From Planctomycetota bacterium (GTDB taxonomy: Bacteria; Planctomycetota; UBA1135; UBA2386): 64,000 nucleotides of DNA. Below the pieces are notes generated by a model. It had not been told where the DNA came from. It was given only the letters and a program-made list of their open reading frames with translations, and did no database searches. Positions within the stretch are counted from its first letter, which is position 1; each line of letters starts with the position of its first letter. The translations under genes were made by a program, and so were the position numbers. The DNA is taken from positions 7,904,001 through 7,968,000 of the forward strand of contig OZ245006.1 in NCBI GenBank assembly GCA_965223545.1, read 5' to 3'. Below, piece after piece: positions 59,710-64,000 of this stretch.

Positions 59710-61995
59710 TCAGCGCGTGGGAGGTGGCACGTCCTGGCTGCCGGAGATCATCTCGACCTCGCTGGATCCCGGCCGCGGCCCGAGGCGGTAGGTGCCCACC
59801 GGCAACGCCAGACCAACGTCGGGCACGCACAGACCTGCCCGGCTGAGAACGAGGGGGTGCATCCGGGTCAGCGGGACCGAGGAGTCGGGCGCGGTGCCGA
59901 GCAGCCGCGGCAGCGCCGGGCGCGGCAGGTCGATCGCCGACACCGGGCTTTGGCCGCCGGCGAAGACCTGCACCGGCGGCAGTGTGCGCCAGGGCGTCCC
60001 GGCGCCGCCGATCTCGACGCCGTAGGTGGCCTGCGGCAACCCCTCGAGCACCGTGCGACCGTCTTCGCCGGTGTGTGCTACGCGTGTTGCCTCGTCCAGC
60101 GCGGAGTTCCACACCCGCACCTCGCAGCCGGCGAACGGCACACCGTGGTCGTCGCGGGCCTCGACCTCGAGCGCCCCCGCCGCGGTCGCCGCGGCGTCGA
60201 CCGCGAACGTCGGCTCGGTGCCGGGCATGACCGCGGCGCGTTGCCAAACCATGTGCGCGACCTTTGGCGGTCGCGCGCGCAGGCGGTAGGGGCGCAGATC
60301 GACGTTGGGGATCGCGAACCAGCCATCGGCGTCGGTGCGCGCGACGTCGACGGTGGTCGCGCTGCCGTCGTCGGGTTCGATCTCGACGAACCACTCGGCC
60401 AACGGCGCGCCGTCAGGGCTCAGCAGGCTGGCGCGCAGCTCGGTGCCGCGCGCCAGCGTCGGGTTCCACGGGACCCGGGCGGAGGCGTCCACGGCGAGGT
60501 GGGTCGTCGCTCGGCCGAAATCGCCACCGCCGGCCCGGAGGAAGTACTCACCGGGCGGGAGCGCCAGCTCGAACGTGCCGTCGTCGCCAGTGCGCACGAC
60601 GTGTCGTTGGGTCCAGTCTTCGCTTTGGCTGGCGACGACCAGCGCGGCCTGCGCCGGCGTCCCGTCGGCGGCGGTGGCCGTGCCGAAGATCACGGCGCTG
60701 CGGTTTTCGGCTTTGGCATCGTCGAAGAGCACGAAGTTGGACGCTGTGGAGACGGTGATGCCCTGCCACATCTGGACGGCCTCGGCGCCGCTGGTGACCG
60801 GCGTGCGCGGTGTCTCGAACCAGTGGGTCCCGTCGTTGGCCTGAAATAGTTCCGGGATCGGGGTCGACGCGCCGCCGATCTCCACGCGAGACCAGCTCAC
60901 CAGTCGGCCCATGACCGCGACTCTGGACCCCGCGGCCGGTGAGGCGATGGAGACCACCACCCGGTGAGATTGGCCGGCGTGCAGGCGGGTGCGGCGCAGG
61001 CGCGTCCCCTTGCTGTAGTCCGCGGGACTTCCCCACAGCAGCTCCATCGTGGGCTTGCGGCCACGCCAGCGCAGCAGTGCCCGGCCGTGTGCATCGGTGC
61101 GCACGTGGTTGAGTGCATGCCCTTGTGGTGCGACCCACAGGGTGGCGCGCTGAGCCGGAAGGTCGCCATTGTCGAACGCGAGCATCTCGAGCTCGTACGA
61201 ATACGGGGCCAGGGCCTCGACCGGGTCGGCGGTGGTGACCGGACTGCGCTCGGCGGTTGCCGGCGTGGCGGCGGCGGCGCCGGAGAGCGTGGTCGGGGCC
61301 GCCGGGGGCTCTCCCCCCCGGGCCACCGCTGTCGGCGGTGACGATGGCGGCGTCAACAGCAGGGCGGTGCTCAGGATTCCCGCGGCCGTGGCCACGGCGA
61401 TGATCTTCTTGCTCGCCATCAACAGTGCTCCGGTGGCTATCGGTCCGCGCCAGCCGTGCCGCCAGGCTGCCGGCAGCAACAGCCCAACGCGCGCGCGCCA
61501 GCGATGTCCGGACCCAAGGCGACGCGCCAGCGAGGCGCGGAGCGCCACCCGGGCTCGCTCGAGATCGCGGTAGACCGTGCGCACGTCGACCCCGCGCCGG
61601 CGGGCGATCGCGCGGGGCGGGCGGCCCTCGAAGTAGCGTGCGAACACCACGTCCTGCTGCGCCGGCGGCAGCGTGTCGATCGCCTGGCTCAGCGCCGCCA
61701 GCGTCTGCCGCCATTCGGTGGCATCCGCCGCCGACGCCACCGCTTCGGGCCGCGCCGCTGCGTGCTCGCGTTGCGCTCGGCGGGTCTCCGCGCGGTGCCG
61801 GTGGCGGACGACGTTGCGCAGCACGGTCTCCAGCCACGCCGCGGGCCGCGGTCCGGTGGGCGGCGCCTGCACGGCGCGCAGCCAGGTTTCCTGCACTGCG
61901 TCGGCGGCGGCGTGATCGTCGGCGAGCAGCCGCCGTGCGAGCTGGCGCAGCGCTGAGGCGTGCTCGGTCAGCAGGATCGGGATCGCGTCGGTCAT
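59710..61995 (-). CDS. ECF sigma factor fused to a TM and carboxypeptidase-regulatory-like beta domains
   Basis: DAVQETWL and WLETVLRN (region 2), LPPAQQDVV...IARRRGVDVRTV (region 4), TM, repeated RTDxxG motifs. Confidence 0.88.
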   Translation of the reverse strand: MTDAIPILLTEHASALRQLARRLLADDHAAADAVQETWLRAVQAPPTGPRPAAWLETVLRNVVRHRHRAETRRAQREHAAARPEAVASAADATEWRQTLAALSQAIDTLPPAQQDVVFARYFEGRPPRAIARRRGVDVRTVYRDLERARVALRASLARRLGSGHRWRARVGLLLPAAWRHGWRGPIATGALLMASKKIIAVATAAGILSTALLLTPPSSPPTAVARGGEPPAAPTTLSGAAAATPATAERSPVTTADPVEALAPYSYELEMLAFDNGDLPAQRATLWVAPQGHALNHVRTDAHGRALLRWRGRKPTMELLWGSPADYSKGTRLRRTRLHAGQSHRVVVSIASPAAGSRVAVMGRLVSWSRVEIGGASTPIPELFQANDGTHWFETPRTPVTSGAEAVQMWQGITVSTASNFVLFDDAKAENRSAVIFGTATAADGTPAQAALVVASQSEDWTQRHVVRTGDDGTFELALPPGEYFLRAGGGDFGRATTHLAVDASARVPWNPTLARGTELRASLLSPDGAPLAEWFVEIEPDDGSATTVDVARTDADGWFAIPNVDLRPYRLRARPPKVAHMVWQRAAVMPGTEPTFAVDAAATAAGALEVEARDDHGVPFAGCEVRVWNSALDEATRVAHTGEDGRTVLEGLPQATYGVEIGGAGTPWRTLPPVQVFAGGQSPVSAIDLPRPALPRLLGTAPDSSVPLTRMHPLVLSRAGLCVPDVGLALPVGTYRLGPRPGSSEVEMISGSQDVPPPTR

Positions 61996-62060
61996 CGGCT
62001 ACGGTGGCTGTCCTTCCACATTCCGGCGCCGCCGGTTCTCCCCGAAAAAAGCACCGAGGT

Positions 62061-63602
62061 TCAGGGGCGGATCGAGACGGCGACTGCGTTGGAGGCGAAG
62101 TCGATCGGCGCGAGGAGGGCGTAGGCGAAGTGGAGCTCGGTGCCGGCGAGCGGCGCGAGCAGCGGCCCAGCGGGGGGCGTGAACGCCGCGTCGGCGCGGC
62201 CCTCGGCGTCGAGCAAGCCGGCGGTGTTGACGAGCACCGGGCTGTTGGCGAGCAAAAGCGAGGCGCTCACCAGGGGGTCGGCGTTGAGCGGAAGCCGGAT
62301 CGCGCCGAGCGCCGTGCCGGGAGTCGTACCGCTGGCACCTGCCGCCAGCGCGTAGGGGCGCCCGGTGCGCGCCGCGCCGGCGTGCAGGGTGAGGGCGACG
62401 GTGCCGCCCGTGCGCGCCGACAGCGTGGATGAACCCGCCCAAAGTGCGTCGCCGGTGACCGGGATGTCGAGCGGGGGCCACAGCAACACCGGCCGGCCGC
62501 CGTCGTCGGCGGTGACGCGCAGCGTCGCCTGGCCGGCGGCGCCGCCCGCGGTGATCTGGAACGAGTAGCTGCCATCGCCATGGTCGACGACGGCGCCGAT
62601 GCCGACCGGCGCCGTGCTGAGCGGGTCGGGCGCGACGCGGAGCGTGGCGCCGCCCCGGGGCAAGCGGGTGCCGCGCCAGTCGCGCAAGACGACCGTCACT
62701 CGGCTGCTCGAACGACCGTCGGCGATCAGCTGCGGCGGTTCCGCCGACGTGCTCGACAGGTGATGGTCGGGCCGGCCGACTTGCAGTGCGCGCCAGCCAT
62801 CGAAGTAGTAACGCAGCTGCTGCGTCGGGTCGGGAGAGGCGTTGCGACCGACGTAGTCGATCGCCAGGTAGTAGTCGCCGTGCGCACAGCCGAGCGCGGT
62901 GCTGGTGCAGGTGCCATCCCGGTCGCCTTGGCGCGCCACGAGCATGAAGCCGACGTGCGCCGACTTGCGAAAGCTCGCCGGCGGTGCGCCACAGCTGGTC
63001 GGCCCACCGGTCGTGCACGAGCAGCGGCCATCGCCCCCCATGGAGTGCGCGGCTTCCATGGCCGCCATCAGCTTCTCGGCGAGGTCGCCAGCCGTGCTGC
63101 GCACGGCGCGCTCCGCGGCGCCGACGACCGCAGCACCGGTGAGCACGTTGCCCTGGATGGCGTAGCGGATCGTGCCGACCGTGCCGACCACACCGCCCGA
63201 CCAGATGCCGGTTTGAAAACCCGAGAACGTGTTCGCCGCGCGCGCGGTGACGATGCCGTACTGGCGCCGGCTGTGGTTCGGGTCGGAAGCGCGCAGCTCG
63301 GCCAGGATGCGCGCCGGCGCCGTGCCGGCGTGCAGGCCCCGCCAAATCAGCGCGCGGTTGGCGATCGAACCCGGGACAGCGGCCTGCGCCGTCGCCGCGC
63401 CGCGGCCGACCACGACGACCGGGGTGACGCTGCGCAGGTTGATGCCGGAGACGCAGGTCGCCGATCCGACGGCGATCTCACCGGTGGTGGTGTCGAGCAG
63501 CAGGATCGACCAAGTGGCGGGGACCGGCGGCGCCAAGCACAGCAGAGCAGCTGCGGCGAGGCGCCGGGCCCGGCGGGCGGAGCGGGATGGGGCACTTGCC
63601 AT
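62061..63602 (-). CDS. DUF1028 (Ntn-hydrolase-like) protein with Ig-like and C-terminal beta domains
   Basis: Signal peptide then TWSI, ATAQA, RQYGIV, IQGNVL, GGDGRC; IADG and DHGDGSY Ig-like motifs. Confidence 0.85.
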   Translation of the reverse strand: MASAPSRSARRARRLAAAALLCLAPPVPATWSILLLDTTTGEIAVGSATCVSGINLRSVTPVVVVGRGAATAQAAVPGSIANRALIWRGLHAGTAPARILAELRASDPNHSRRQYGIVTARAANTFSGFQTGIWSGGVVGTVGTIRYAIQGNVLTGAAVVGAAERAVRSTAGDLAEKLMAAMEAAHSMGGDGRCSCTTGGPTSCGAPPASFRKSAHVGFMLVARQGDRDGTCTSTALGCAHGDYYLAIDYVGRNASPDPTQQLRYYFDGWRALQVGRPDHHLSSTSAEPPQLIADGRSSSRVTVVLRDWRGTRLPRGGATLRVAPDPLSTAPVGIGAVVDHGDGSYSFQITAGGAAGQATLRVTADDGGRPVLLWPPLDIPVTGDALWAGSSTLSARTGGTVALTLHAGAARTGRPYALAAGASGTTPGTALGAIRLPLNADPLVSASLLLANSPVLVNTAGLLDAEGRADAAFTPPAGPLLAPLAGTELHFAYALLAPIDFASNAVAVSIRP

Positions 63603-63841
63603 GCAGCGCATTCTACGGCGCCCATTCGGGAAAGATCGGCCGTCACGACGGTTGGGTCGGTGACGCGGAACTGCCGATCACATGGGAGTGCCGGCTCCGC
63701 GTTCTCGGTCGTCTGCGCGACCGTAAGGTGGTTTCGAATAACCGGCACCGCTGCCCGCACCGTGCCCCCCCGACTGGGTGACCTCGCCCGCGACCGCTGG
63801 TGTGCAGCGCCCCCGACAGGTCTCAACGAAAGGCTCCGACT

Positions 63842-64000
63842 GTGCAGTACCCGTCCTCTTGCCGCGCGATCCTCGCGGCCACCGCTTTCGCCCTGGCCTG
63901 CGCGACGCCGCGGGCGCAGGAACCGAGCGCCCGCTTCCACGAGGCCTACTACCTCGAGTGCGAGCGCGCCGACTACGAGCGCGCGCTCGAGCTCTACCGC
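63842..64000 (+). CDS. Secreted TPR-like protein (partial, runs off the window)
   Basis: GTG 63842 reads MQYPSSCRAILAATAFALACATPRA-QEPSARFHEAYYLE...DYERALELYR. Confidence 0.55.
   Translation, partial: MQYPSSCRAILAATAFALACATPRAQEPSARFHEAYYLECERADYERALELYR

Noticed and set aside
59710..61995. ECF sigma factor fused to a membrane anchor and extracytoplasmic domains as a novel system
   Set aside because: ECFs with long C-terminal extensions are already described, notably in Planctomycetota.
63603..63841. Hairpins in the divergent intergenic region as a riboswitch
   Set aside because: No recognisable aptamer consensus; the pairing is explainable by GC content.

Overview
This is a very GC-rich bacterial window; gene content and order suggest a Planctomycetota-like organism (inference). 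Housekeeping genes include surE, coaE-rho, tatC, cinA, glpK, lon, cysS, LPS enzymes and a complete nqrA-F/apbE/nqrM Na+-NQR locus. The strongest signal is one the ORF track splits: a lipoprotein thioredoxin (25075-25515) whose active site reads W-TGA-L-F-C, i.e. a UxxC selenocysteine motif. It is followed by a SECIS-like hairpin, and a tRNA-Sec (UCA) gene lies in the same window (48888-48986) between cysS and the nqr operon. Downstream of two tRNA-Gln genes is an accessory region. It holds a 1.5-kb integrase-less element bounded by a 29-bp duplication of the tRNA 3' end, and a fully reconstructable nest of IS66 inside ISKra4 inside a DHFR-family gene. Other candidates are an atypical metal ABC module (ZnuA-type binding protein, MacB/LolD-type ATPase and permease, and a frameshifted HWGHSH membrane protein), a Rho with a degenerate Walker A, an HD-GYP/partner pair sharing an N-terminal motif, and a C-terminal domain shared by three unrelated proteins. 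All calls come from reading the sequence and motifs by eye; no database search was run.
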